A stretch of 64,000 nt of DNA from Desulfobulbaceae bacterium (GTDB lineage: Bacteria; Desulfobacterota; Desulfobulbia; Desulfobulbales; SURF-16), in the NCBI GenBank assembly GCA_024637145.1, contig JAGXFQ010000020.1:17352-81351 (forward strand). Direction: 5' to 3'. Numbering within the stretch: the stretch's first letter is position 1; every line of letters starts with the position of its first letter. Below, piece by piece: positions 20,924 through 29,861 of this stretch. Below the pieces are notes generated by a model, which did no database searches, was not told the origin of the DNA, and worked only from the letters and a program-made list of their open reading frames with translations. Both the position numbers and the translations under genes were made by a program.

Positions 20924-21052
20924 TTATTCTGCCAAGGTGGGCATCAACAAAGCACCAATAATGACACCGAGTAAGATCATCGCCATACCGCCGCGGGCCA
21001 CCAGATGAATGACCAGGGCCAGCAGGCCGAGGATGAGTTGAAATCTGCGCAT
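20924..21052 (-). CDS. Possible 42-aa hydrophobic small protein
   Basis: MRRFQLILGLLALVIHLVARGGMAMILLGVIIGALLMPTLAE. A G-rich SD-like run lies upstream, 13 nt downstream of the DUF374 stop. A weak hairpin plus T-run follows at about 20888-20915. There is no homology support. Confidence 0.3.
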   Translation of the reverse strand: MRRFQLILGLLALVIHLVARGGMAMILLGVIIGALLMPTLAE

Positions 21053-21065
21053 AATTGTTCCCCCC

Positions 21066-21746
21066 TCAGAGGTCTTCGTGATTCTTCTTACCAAAAGCCG
21101 CCCAGGCCGCTTCATAGGTTGCCGCCAGCCTCTCCTCCAGCAGGAGACGATACGCCTCCACCTCCTCACCATCAAGCCCCTTGGGCACCTGCAGCGGTTC
21201 CCCCACCACCCACACCATCCGGGCAAAGGGCAGGGGCAGTAGGGTCTTGTCCCAGCTGCTAAAGAGCTTATAGCGGCTGAAGGCCCAGTTCATGGGCACA
21301 ATGGGAATGCCGGCCCGGCCGGCGATGATGATGGAGCCGCCCTGCACCACCTGGGCCGGGCCCTGCGAGCCGTCCGCAATAATCACCGGACTCAAGCCCT
21401 GGCGCACGGCCTTTAAAAGACCCTTGATGGCCCCCACCCCTCCCTTGCTGCGGGAGCCCCGCACCGTGGTGATCCCCTTGGACTCCATGATGCGGGCGAT
21501 AAACTCGCCATCCTTGCTGGGGCTGACCATGGCCACCATGGGCAACCGGCCGCCGGAGAGGGAGGCATAGAGGACATTATAATGCCAGAAGGTGAGGATA
21601 AAGGGTTGGCCGGAATCCAGCAATTCCTGCCAGATCTCTTTGCCGTGCATCTCTTTGCGGCAACTGGTGATGACAAAACCCATCACTACTTTATAGACCA
21701 AGGGGGCCAGAAAAAGCAGCAGTTTATGTTGCCATTCTTTCTTCAC
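21066..21746 (-). CDS. DUF374 (lysophospholipid acyltransferase-like) protein
   Basis: A characteristic DUF374 core is present ([10 protein letters not shown]...[33 protein letters not shown]...[10 protein letters not shown]). The GTG start overlaps the uvrB stop. Confidence 0.85.
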   Translation of the reverse strand: MKKEWQHKLLLFLAPLVYKVVMGFVITSCRKEMHGKEIWQELLDSGQPFILTFWHYNVLYASLSGGRLPMVAMVSPSKDGEFIARIMESKGITTVRGSRSKGGVGAIKGLLKAVRQGLSPVIIADGSQGPAQVVQGGSIIIAGRAGIPIVPMNWAFSRYKLFSSWDKTLLPLPFARMVWVVGEPLQVPKGLDGEEVEAYRLLLEERLAATYEAAWAAFGKKNHEDL

Positions 21747-23737
21747 AGCAGGGCAAGCTCCATCTCTTTGAGCATCTTGATCTCATCCCGCAGCTCGGCG
21801 GCCTTTTCAAAGGAGAGGATCTTGGCGGCCGCCTGCATCTCCTTCTCCTTGGCGATAATGGCCTTGCGCACCTGGGCCACGGAGCGGTAGATCACCTCTT
21901 CCTCAGCGGCCTTGGCCAGGGCGGGGGGCACCACTTCATAGGCACTGTCCATGGCGTTTTTAATGGCAGAGGATATGGTGGTGGGGGTGATGCCGTGTTT
22001 GTCGTTATGGGCCTGCTGGATGGCGCGCCTGCGGTTCGTCTCATCAATGGTGAACCGCATGGAGCGGGTTATCTGATCACCATAGAGAATGACCCGGCCG
22101 TGGACATTGCGGGCGGCCCGGCCGCAGGTCTGGATCAGGGCCCGCGCTGAGCGCAGAAACCCCTCCTTGTCGGCATCAAGCACTGCCACCAGGGTGACCT
22201 CGGGCAGATCAAGGCCTTCCCGGAGGAGATTGATACCCACCAGGACCTGATACGCCCCCTGCCGCAGCTCCCTGACCAGCTGCACCCGTTCCAGGGTCTT
22301 GATATCGGAATGGAGATAGCGGACCGCCACCCCCAGCTTTTCATAATAATCGGTGAGATCTTCGGCCATGCGCTTGGTGAGGGTGGTGACCAGCACGGCC
22401 TCCTTCTTCTCGGCCCGGGTGCGGATCTCGGCCAGCAGATCATCCACCTGATTCTTGGCCGGCCGCACCTCGATCTCCGGATCAAGGAGGCCGGTGGGTC
22501 TGATGACCTGCTCGACAACGTGGCCCTGGGCCCGATCCATCTCAAAATCACCGGGGGTGGCAGAGACATAGATGGCCTGATGAATGCGCTGATCAAACTC
22601 CTCGAATTTCAGGGGCCGGTTATCAAGGGCCGAGGGCAGGCGGAAGCCGAATTCGGTGAGGGTGGTTTTGCGGGCCCGGTCGCCATTGTACATGCCGCCG
22701 ATCTGGGGAATGGACATGTGCGACTCGTCCACAAAGAGCAGGAAATCCTCAGGCAGATAGTCGAGGAGGGTAGGCGGCGGCTCGCCGGGCTGACGGCCGG
22801 TGAGGTGGCGGCTGTAGTTTTCCACCCCGTTGCAATAGCCCAGCTCGCTGATCATCTCCAGATCAAAAAGGGTGCGCTGCTCCAGACGCTGGGCCTCCAC
22901 CAGCCTGTTGTGCTGCTGCAGGAACGCCAGCCGCTCCTTGAGCTCCGCCTTGATGGTCTGCATGGCCCGGTTCATGATCTCCCTGGAGGTGACGAAGTGG
23001 CTGGAGGGGAAGACCTTGATCTCCGCGAGTTCATCCATAATCACGCCCCGCAGAGGGTCAACCAGGGTGATGGCATCCACGGTGTCGCCGAAGAACTCCA
23101 CCCGCACCCCGAGCTCCTCCTCATAGGCCGGGAAGATCTCGATCACGTCCCCGCGGACCCGGAAGGTGCCCCGGTGAAAGGAGATGTCATTGCGTTCATA
23201 GAGCATGTGGACCAGGCGGCGCTGCACCTGGTCCATGGCATACTCCTCCCCTCTTTTAAGAAAGAGGTGCATGTTCTTGTACTCCTCCGGCGAGCCCAGG
23301 CCATAGATGCACGATACCGAGGCCACGATAATGACATCGCGGCGGGTGAGCAGCGAGCGGGTGGCGGAATGGCGCATCTTGTCAATGGCGTCATTGATGG
23401 CCGAATCCTTCTCGATATAGGTGTCCGACTGGGGGATGTAGGCCTCGGGCTGGTAATAGTCATAATAACTGACAAAATACTCCACCGCATTCTGGGGAAA
23501 GAGTTCCTTGAACTCGGCATAGAGCTGGGCAGCCAGGGTCTTGTTGTGGGCCATGACCAGGGCCGGCCGATCCGTGCCCGCAATGACCTGGGCCATGGTA
23601 TAGGTCTTGCCGGAGCCGGTCACCCCCAGCAGGACCTGATCCCGCACCCCGGCCAGCACTCCCTGGGTGAGGGCGGCAATGGCCCGCGGCTGATCGCCGG
23701 CCGGCTCGTAGGAACTGTTGATCTGAAAAAGTGTCAT
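21743..23737 (-). CDS. uvrB: Excinuclease ABC subunit B
   Basis: 664 aa with Walker [13 protein letters not shown], helicase motifs, and the C-terminal UVR domain ([21 protein letters not shown]). Confidence 0.97.
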   Translation of the reverse strand: MTLFQINSSYEPAGDQPRAIAALTQGVLAGVRDQVLLGVTGSGKTYTMAQVIAGTDRPALVMAHNKTLAAQLYAEFKELFPQNAVEYFVSYYDYYQPEAYIPQSDTYIEKDSAINDAIDKMRHSATRSLLTRRDVIIVASVSCIYGLGSPEEYKNMHLFLKRGEEYAMDQVQRRLVHMLYERNDISFHRGTFRVRGDVIEIFPAYEEELGVRVEFFGDTVDAITLVDPLRGVIMDELAEIKVFPSSHFVTSREIMNRAMQTIKAELKERLAFLQQHNRLVEAQRLEQRTLFDLEMISELGYCNGVENYSRHLTGRQPGEPPPTLLDYLPEDFLLFVDESHMSIPQIGGMYNGDRARKTTLTEFGFRLPSALDNRPLKFEEFDQRIHQAIYVSATPGDFEMDRAQGHVVEQVIRPTGLLDPEIEVRPAKNQVDDLLAEIRTRAEKKEAVLVTTLTKRMAEDLTDYYEKLGVAVRYLHSDIKTLERVQLVRELRQGAYQVLVGINLLREGLDLPEVTLVAVLDADKEGFLRSARALIQTCGRAARNVHGRVILYGDQITRSMRFTIDETNRRRAIQQAHNDKHGITPTTISSAIKNAMDSAYEVVPPALAKAAEEEVIYRSVAQVRKAIIAKEKEMQAAAKILSFEKAAELRDEIKMLKEMELALL

Positions 23738-23945
23738 CTTGCTTAGATAAAGGGAACCCAGGGAAAGTGCAAATCTCTTTTTGGGACACGCCCGCCTCGG
23801 CCTGGACCAAACAACGTTTTCTTTGGTGCTTACGCTGCAATTTCAGCTATGCCCCATGGATATTCCCGCAGCAGCGGCCCCGCCATCGCCAAAAGAGGCC
23901 TCGCTTTTTTATTTCTGCCGCGGAGCAGGGCCATGCAACATCGCC

Positions 23946-25721
23946 CTACTCCACGGCCATCTCCCTGAAGCCCCAGAAGGGGTAGTCGAGATGGTAGCGG
24001 GCCACCAGGCCGGGAGAATTCTCCCGGCTGGCCACCAGCCACAGGGAATTGACCCGGTTGGCGGTACGGCTGTCCACCGGGTCCCAGTCGGGCAGAAAGA
24101 CCAGGGCATTATCAGCAGTGTACTCAATATCGCCGGAGCCCTTGAACATGCCCATATGGGGCACACCGTCATAGCGCCCACCCTCCTGCCGGTTGAGCTC
24201 GGAGATGACCAGAAAGGCGACGTTATACTCGTCCCGGATCGACTCCATCTCCCGCAGCCAGGCGTCAATGCCGGTGCGGCGCTCCGAGAAATCCTTAAAG
24301 GGCAGCTTGTGCAGCGAGTCGATGACGATCACGGCGTCCTGGCGGTGGGTCTCGTGCCGCAGAAAATCAACATGGCGGCGCATGATCTCCGGGTTGAGCT
24401 GGCGGTCGTTGACCACCCGGAACCAGGACAGCATGGTGCGCAGCTCGTCTTGGGCCTGGCTGAAACGATGCTGGTCGTCGCCCTCCAGCTGGTCGTTAAA
24501 GCGGGCCACTGGCAGCCGGCTCAGACGGGCCATGGTCCGTTGGTAGATCTTCTGGCGGCCGTTCTCAAAATCATAATAGATCACCGGCACCTGGCTGGCC
24601 GCCATCTGGCTGGCCAGCTGGATGGCGAGACAGCTCTTGCCCGCCTTGGGCGCCCCACCGATGATATTGATGCCGTGGATACCGCCCAGCACCTCATCGA
24701 GACAGGGCATGCCGCTCTTTAAGGCCTGGTAGCCAGCACTCTGGCGCCGCTCCAGATTTTCCACAAAAAGGGTATATTCACGGCCGGGGGTGTTAAAGGG
24801 CGAAAAGGCCCGGGCCCCCCTGATCATTTTCTGCAGTTCCGCCCTGAAATTGTCGCCCTCCTGCTGGGCCATCCGGGCCAGACTGAAATCGCGCGGGGCC
24901 TGACCGGGCCATTTGAGGAGACGGGCCTTGAAGCCAAGCCGGCTGGCGAAAAGACGCGCCGACGCCTCTGATTCCGGCGTATGATTCACCACCATAAAAA
25001 GGGTCTCAACAGCGGCAAACCTTTGGCTGTCCAGGGCGGCCAGATCAACGGCCCGGGGTACGGCCACGCCGGGATAGCCCTGTTCCCGCAGGCAGAGGAG
25101 ATTCTCTTCGCCCTCCACCACAAAGAGGGCGCCCCCCTGGCAACGGCCGATATCCGCCAGGTTGAAGAGACGGAACTCCCCGGCTGCCAGCTCCTCTTCT
25201 CCGTACCAGAACTCTTCGCCGCTGCCCTGGGGGGCCAGACAATGGGCGGCATAGCAGCAGCCGTTTTCCTGGAAATAGGGATAGACAATATAGCGGCCGT
25301 TAAAACCGATCCGCAGCTCCTGGAGGACCGCAGGACCTACCCCGATCCGGCTGAAGCCTTCCCGCACCGCGCTGGTCATGCTGTTTTGGTACTTGAGGAT
25401 ATCCTGGTTGATATTTTTCAGGGGCCATTCAACATTGTGGACGTAAGGCTGCTGATCTGGATCATGACCGGGCACGGTGTCCGCCTCGAGCAAGCGCAGT
25501 CGGGCAAAATGGGGGGCAAAGCCACCGGCCACGCAGCGGCTCAGACAGCGGAAATAGCCGGCAAAAAACCCATCCTCATCTAAAAAGACCACCAGGGTCC
25601 CCGGCTCTTTGCGGCCCCGGCTCGCGCAAAAGGGACAGGGGGCCTTGAGCGTGGTGCCCTCAATAACCGCGCCAGGCAGATTGTCCTGATAAAAACGTGC
25701 TAATTTTTCATGCAATGCCAT
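23946..25721 (-). CDS. Zn-ribbon / TOPRIM-like / DnaB-C (RecA-fold) ATPase protein (primase-helicase-like architecture)
   Basis: N-terminal CPFC...(24 aa)...CLSRC zinc-ribbon candidate. Central TOPRIM-like segment (LFVVEGEENLLCLREQGYPGVAVP). C-terminal DnaB_C/AAA_25-like ATPase with Walker A GGAPKAGKS and Walker B AVIVIDSLH. An SD AAGGAG lies upstream of the ATG. Confidence 0.8.
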   Translation of the reverse strand: MALHEKLARFYQDNLPGAVIEGTTLKAPCPFCASRGRKEPGTLVVFLDEDGFFAGYFRCLSRCVAGGFAPHFARLRLLEADTVPGHDPDQQPYVHNVEWPLKNINQDILKYQNSMTSAVREGFSRIGVGPAVLQELRIGFNGRYIVYPYFQENGCCYAAHCLAPQGSGEEFWYGEEELAAGEFRLFNLADIGRCQGGALFVVEGEENLLCLREQGYPGVAVPRAVDLAALDSQRFAAVETLFMVVNHTPESEASARLFASRLGFKARLLKWPGQAPRDFSLARMAQQEGDNFRAELQKMIRGARAFSPFNTPGREYTLFVENLERRQSAGYQALKSGMPCLDEVLGGIHGINIIGGAPKAGKSCLAIQLASQMAASQVPVIYYDFENGRQKIYQRTMARLSRLPVARFNDQLEGDDQHRFSQAQDELRTMLSWFRVVNDRQLNPEIMRRHVDFLRHETHRQDAVIVIDSLHKLPFKDFSERRTGIDAWLREMESIRDEYNVAFLVISELNRQEGGRYDGVPHMGMFKGSGDIEYTADNALVFLPDWDPVDSRTANRVNSLWLVASRENSPGLVARYHLDYPFWGFREMAVE

Positions 25722-25830
25722 GCCAGGCGTCTCCTTGCTCTGCAGAGAGCACGTGTGCTTCTTCTCTTGTGGTCATCTATCCAGACCGGCTGCTTGCGGG
25801 GTATTTGCCGGCGCACCCCAGCCCTCTTTT

Positions 25831-26817
25831 TCAGAGGTGATGTTCATAGCCCTGGTACGATATCAGCCGTTTTTTACCATCTTCCCTCAAAAAGAGACCC
25901 TGGCCGCCGGTCATCCGCCCCAGGCAGCTTAATTGCAGATGCAACTCTTCCCTGACCTGCCGGGCCAGGGCCTCACCGCGGCCCGGGGCCACGGTATAGA
26001 GCAGCTCATAATCTTCGCCGCCGCTGAGCGCCCACTGGCGGGCATCATGGGAAAGAGACTCCCCGGCCCTTTGCGTGGCAGCAGAAAGAGGCAGGTTCCG
26101 GCCATCAACCTCCGCAGCCAGGCCGCTTGCCGTACAGATATGAGCCAGATCCGTGGCCAGGCCGTCGGAAAGATCCATCATGGCATGGACATGACCGGAG
26201 GCGGCCAGGAAACGGCCCAGGGCCAGGCGGGGCTGGGGGTTGAGATGGGCCTGGAGCAGCCCGGCAAACTCTGCAGGGACAGCTGCCCCCTTCTGGCAGA
26301 GGGCCAGACCGGCCGCCGCCTCCCCCAGGAAACCGCTGACCCACACCTCATCCCCCTGGCGGGCGGCGGCGCGATAACAGACCTCAGCCCCGGCCATCTC
26401 GCCCAGGAGGGTGATGGTGAAGGTCGGGCAGGGTGCAGTCACCGTATCACCGCCAATCAGGGCCACCCCGTGTTCCTGGAGCATCTCGACAAAGCCGTTC
26501 ATAAATTCCTGCAGGCCCTGCTCGGAAAGATCAGAGCTCAAGGCCGCTGACAGCAGGGCAAAGGTGGGCCTGCCGCCCATGGCGGCGATATCGCTGAGAT
26601 TGACGGCCGCGGCCTTGCGGCCCAGGAGATGGAGGGGGTGCCATTTCAGGTCAAAATGGACCCCTGAGACCAGGGTATCGGTGGTCACCAGCAGAACCTG
26701 CTCCTCATTTTTGCGGAGCACGGCGCAATCATCGCCAATGCCCATAACCAGGCCGGGAACCGGAGCCGCGGCCAGGGATGCCACTCCTTTGATAAATGCC
26801 AGCTCTGAACTGCTCAT
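25831..26817 (-). CDS. thiL: Thiamine-monophosphate kinase
   Basis: AIR-synthase-fold ThiL pattern (GIGDDCAVL, TTDTLVSGVHF, NLSDIAAMGG, GGDT, DLSDGL). ATG 26817 overlaps the upstream stop (ATGA). Confidence 0.9.
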   Translation of the reverse strand: MSSSELAFIKGVASLAAAPVPGLVMGIGDDCAVLRKNEEQVLLVTTDTLVSGVHFDLKWHPLHLLGRKAAAVNLSDIAAMGGRPTFALLSAALSSDLSEQGLQEFMNGFVEMLQEHGVALIGGDTVTAPCPTFTITLLGEMAGAEVCYRAAARQGDEVWVSGFLGEAAAGLALCQKGAAVPAEFAGLLQAHLNPQPRLALGRFLAASGHVHAMMDLSDGLATDLAHICTASGLAAEVDGRNLPLSAATQRAGESLSHDARQWALSGGEDYELLYTVAPGRGEALARQVREELHLQLSCLGRMTGGQGLFLREDGKKRLISYQGYEHHL

Positions 26818-28289
26818 TGCTCCCCCTTTTGGGCCAGCCCGCAAGCGCCCGCTCTTTCCTCAGGATAAAAGGTGGCGAGATGGTCGCTGAGCCTGGCCTT
26901 GATGGCTGCAGGAGAAGCGCAGGCCAACAGAGCCGCGGCCAGCGCCTCGGCCTGCCGGCAGTGGCTCTTGCGCACCATCTGCTTGACGGCCGGCATGGCC
27001 AGGGGAGACATACTGAGGCCATCCAGCCCCAGACCAAGGAGCAGCGGCAGCAGGTGGGGGTCAGCGGCCATCTCTCCGCAGAGATGCACCTCAATGCCGG
27101 CCTCATGACCCGCTTGCACCACCTGGGCAATCATGCGGAGCACCATGGGATGCAGGGGGGTGTAAAGAGAGGCCACCTGGTGGTTATCGCGGTCCACGGC
27201 CAGGAGATGCTGAATAAGATCATTGCTAGCAATGCTGAAGAAATCAACCTCCCGGGCCAGGCGATCGGTAAGGGCCACCACCCCGGGCACCGCCACCAGC
27301 ATGCCGATCTCCACATCATCACCTGCGGGCAGCCCCTGGCTCCGCAGCTCCTTACGCACCCGGGTCACCATCTCCTTGGCGGCAAGGAGCTCCTCCAGGG
27401 AGGTGATCATGGGAAAGATGAGGCGCAGGGTGCCAAAGCCGGCCGCCCGCAACAGGGCGCGGAGCTGGGTCTTAAAGAGCTGCGGTTCACGGAGAGAGAG
27501 ACGGATGGCCTTAAGACCCAGGGCAGGATTTTTTTCCAGGTAGTTTTGGTGCCCCTCCACCTCTTTGCCGCCGCCCAGATCAAGGGTGCGCACCGTCACC
27601 GGCATGGGGCTCATGCTGGTCAGGAGATGTTCATAAATAGCCAGCAGCAGCTCCTCAGAGGGGGGGCCTTCCGGGGTGAGATAATAAAATTCAGAACGGA
27701 AAAGCCCGATTCCGGCAGCGCCATGCTCCAGGGCCGGCTCAATCTCCTCAAGGGTCTGGATATTGGCCTCAATGGCCATCTTTCTGCCCTCTCTGGTCTC
27801 GGCCGGCAGATGGGCGAACAGCTTGCTCTGGCAGCTTTTCTGCAGCATCTGTTGCTGCAGCTTCTCATAGGCTGCAAGCTCCTTGCTGTCAGGATTGACC
27901 ACCACCCGGCCCCGACTACCGTCCACCACCAGGAAATCGCCACTGACCACCTGTTGGCAGATGCCCAGACAGCCCATCACCGCCGGGAACCCCACGCTCC
28001 TGCCCATAATGGCGCTGTGACCGGTGACCCCGCCCAGCTCCATGACAAAACCGCGCACCAGCTGCCGGTCCATGGCCAGAACATCCTGGGGCGGGAAATC
28101 ATGCCCCACCAGAATAACCGGTTCATCCTGAGGAAGAGTGCCGCCGTCCATCTCTGAGAGGGCCCCCGACCTGCGGGCCCCTCTGTCGTGCAGCTTGGCC
28201 AGAACAAGGGCCCGGCCCATGGCAAGGCCCGGGGAGGCGGCAAGGCCGTGCAGCTGTCGGGATGTTGGCGGGATCTGGTTTTTTTTCAT
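26814..28289 (-). CDS. PEP-utilising Enzyme-I homologue (PEP-protein phosphotransferase-like) lacking the HPr-binding helical subdomain
   Basis: The EI N-terminus (GLAASPGLAMGRALVL), the phospho-His swivel (GGVTGHSAIMGRSVGFPAVMG) and the PEP-utilizers_C barrel (LFRSEFYY, RTLDLGGGKE, FPMITSLEE, FFSIASNDLIQ, LCGEMAAD) are all present. Only about 22 residues link the first two elements, where E. coli EI has about 130. Confidence 0.85.
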   Translation of the reverse strand: MKKNQIPPTSRQLHGLAASPGLAMGRALVLAKLHDRGARRSGALSEMDGGTLPQDEPVILVGHDFPPQDVLAMDRQLVRGFVMELGGVTGHSAIMGRSVGFPAVMGCLGICQQVVSGDFLVVDGSRGRVVVNPDSKELAAYEKLQQQMLQKSCQSKLFAHLPAETREGRKMAIEANIQTLEEIEPALEHGAAGIGLFRSEFYYLTPEGPPSEELLLAIYEHLLTSMSPMPVTVRTLDLGGGKEVEGHQNYLEKNPALGLKAIRLSLREPQLFKTQLRALLRAAGFGTLRLIFPMITSLEELLAAKEMVTRVRKELRSQGLPAGDDVEIGMLVAVPGVVALTDRLAREVDFFSIASNDLIQHLLAVDRDNHQVASLYTPLHPMVLRMIAQVVQAGHEAGIEVHLCGEMAADPHLLPLLLGLGLDGLSMSPLAMPAVKQMVRKSHCRQAEALAAALLACASPAAIKARLSDHLATFYPEERAGACGLAQKGEQ

Positions 28290-28394
28290 ATTTTTTTAAA
28301 GTCCGCTGCCAGAGCAAGGGGCCGCGCGCCGCTCCTTTTACAAATCAGAGCGGCCATTGCCCAAAAAGCAGCGGGCCTGCCCTGAGGCAGAGCC

Positions 28395-28760
28395 TCATTT
28401 AACCAGCCGCAGAGAAGACTTCTCCCCCGTCTTTCTGCTCTTAGAGGGGGGCGGCACAAGGGCATCTGTATCAAAATCAACCGCTGCCACAAAACGTTTT
28501 TCGCCGCCCATGGTGAAGATCTCCTGCCCGGTAAACTGGGAGGTCCGCAGGGTCCAGGTCACCTTTTGCGGCGGCACACTGAGGATCTGCAGCGAGACAT
28601 GCCACCACTCGTCACGTTTTCCCTGGTCACGTTCGAAACCGGTGACCAGGGCGTAGACCAGGGAGTCTGGTTGTTTTGCTACCACCAGCACCAGATCACC
28701 GATGTCCGTGGTGGCCTTGAAACGGACTAATGTCTTTAATTCCTGGACAATGGCTTCCAT
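28395..28760 (-). CDS. Hypothetical protein (121 aa)
   Basis: MEAIVQELKTLVRFK... with an SD GGAGA upstream of ATG 28760. Codon usage looks coding, and the gene is co-directional with and 105 nt upstream of the EI-like gene. I recognise no family. Confidence 0.55.
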   Translation of the reverse strand: MEAIVQELKTLVRFKATTDIGDLVLVVAKQPDSLVYALVTGFERDQGKRDEWWHVSLQILSVPPQKVTWTLRTSQFTGQEIFTMGGEKRFVAAVDFDTDALVPPPSKSRKTGEKSSLRLVK

Positions 28761-29124
28761 ATTTTTCTCCGCAAAACTTGAGGGGGGACCATAAAAAAAA
28801 TCTCTCCGCCCGGCCCAAGAGCTGGTGCTGAGAAAGATACGCGCACCTTGCCAGAGTTTCACTGAAAACTCCAATTGTTTCCCTTTTGCCCTCCGCCTTT
28901 TTGGCTCCGGACGAGCGAAGGATGCGGCCGGTTACCCTCGGCTTTTCCTATCATTTTTTTTTGTTTTATTGTATTAACTTCATGCGGTGGGTAAAGATTA
29001 ATACTTTTACATGGTCCCTTCCTAAGAGTCTCCTGTGTTTTGGTGAGGGAAAAATCCCTTGCCGCCAAACCACGCCACCTCTCTTATTTCACAATCAATT
29101 TTTTATTTCCCGCCAATTTTTTTT

Positions 29125-29778
29125 ATGGAACTTTTTTTTCTTCTTGCTCCTCTTTTATGTATCGCCACCTTCAGCACTCCTGCTCCAGGCAAAGGCGATA
29201 ATACCGAGGATACCCCGGATGAGACGACCATCCTGGTCCGGGCGGTGCTGCAGGGAGATAAACAGGCCTTTAACCGGCTGGTCCTGCTCTACCAAAGCCG
29301 GATATACAACCTGGCCTTTAATTATGTAAAAAATGAAGAAGAGGCCAAAGATCTGGCCCAGGATGTCTTTGTCACCGCCTACAAGGCCCTTTCAAAGCTG
29401 CGCGATGACACCAAATTCGGCGCCTGGCTTTACCAGATAGGACTCAACCATTGTCGTAACCGTTATAAGCGGCTTAAAAGAAGCGGATATTTCAGCAATA
29501 CCTCGTTGGATGATGACAACTCATCCCTGCAGCTTACAGGGGGTGAATCCCCTGAAAAGGAGCTTGAACAACAACGGACCATCAAACTTGTTCAGGACAC
29601 CATCGCCACCATGAACGAGTCGGAAAAAGAGATCCTCCTGCTCCGGGATCTACAGGGCATGGCCTATGAAGAGATCAGTGAGATTTTAGATATTCCCCTG
29701 GGCACAGTGAAATCGAAATTAAGCCGGGCCCGGACCAGCTTGAAAAATAAATTAAAGCGTGTCTATCCTCAGCTCTAA
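29125..29778 (+). CDS. ECF-type RNA polymerase sigma-70 family factor
   Basis: Region 2 (FNRLVLLYQSRIYNLAFNYVKNEEEAKDLAQDVFVTAYKAL...GAWLYQIGLNHCRN) and region 4 HTH (EKEILLLRDLQGMAYEEISEILDIPLGTVKSKLSRAR). The start is uncertain (ATG 29059 or 29125). Confidence 0.85.
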   Translation: MELFFLLAPLLCIATFSTPAPGKGDNTEDTPDETTILVRAVLQGDKQAFNRLVLLYQSRIYNLAFNYVKNEEEAKDLAQDVFVTAYKALSKLRDDTKFGAWLYQIGLNHCRNRYKRLKRSGYFSNTSLDDDNSSLQLTGGESPEKELEQQRTIKLVQDTIATMNESEKEILLLRDLQGMAYEEISEILDIPLGTVKSKLSRARTSLKNKLKRVYPQL

Positions 29779-29861
29779 GAGAAAACCAAACAGGCCCCCC
29801 ATTATTAACGGCAGGATGTCTCTGCCCCGGGGAAAAAGAGAAATTCAGCCCATAAATTCTT

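Noticed and set aside
22310-23746. Long antisense ORFs opposite real genes. Examples: 478 aa opposite uvrB; 26796-28157 opposite the EI-like gene; 35980-37191 opposite trpE; 40361-41365 opposite glmM; 48101-49453 opposite hybC; 57167-58165 opposite the ALS-like gene; 2933-3865 opposite prfB.
   Set aside because: These are typical shadow ORFs of GC-rich coding DNA. Their translations are Gly/Ala/Arg/His/Gln-rich low-complexity strings with no motifs, whereas the opposite strand encodes unmistakable conserved proteins.
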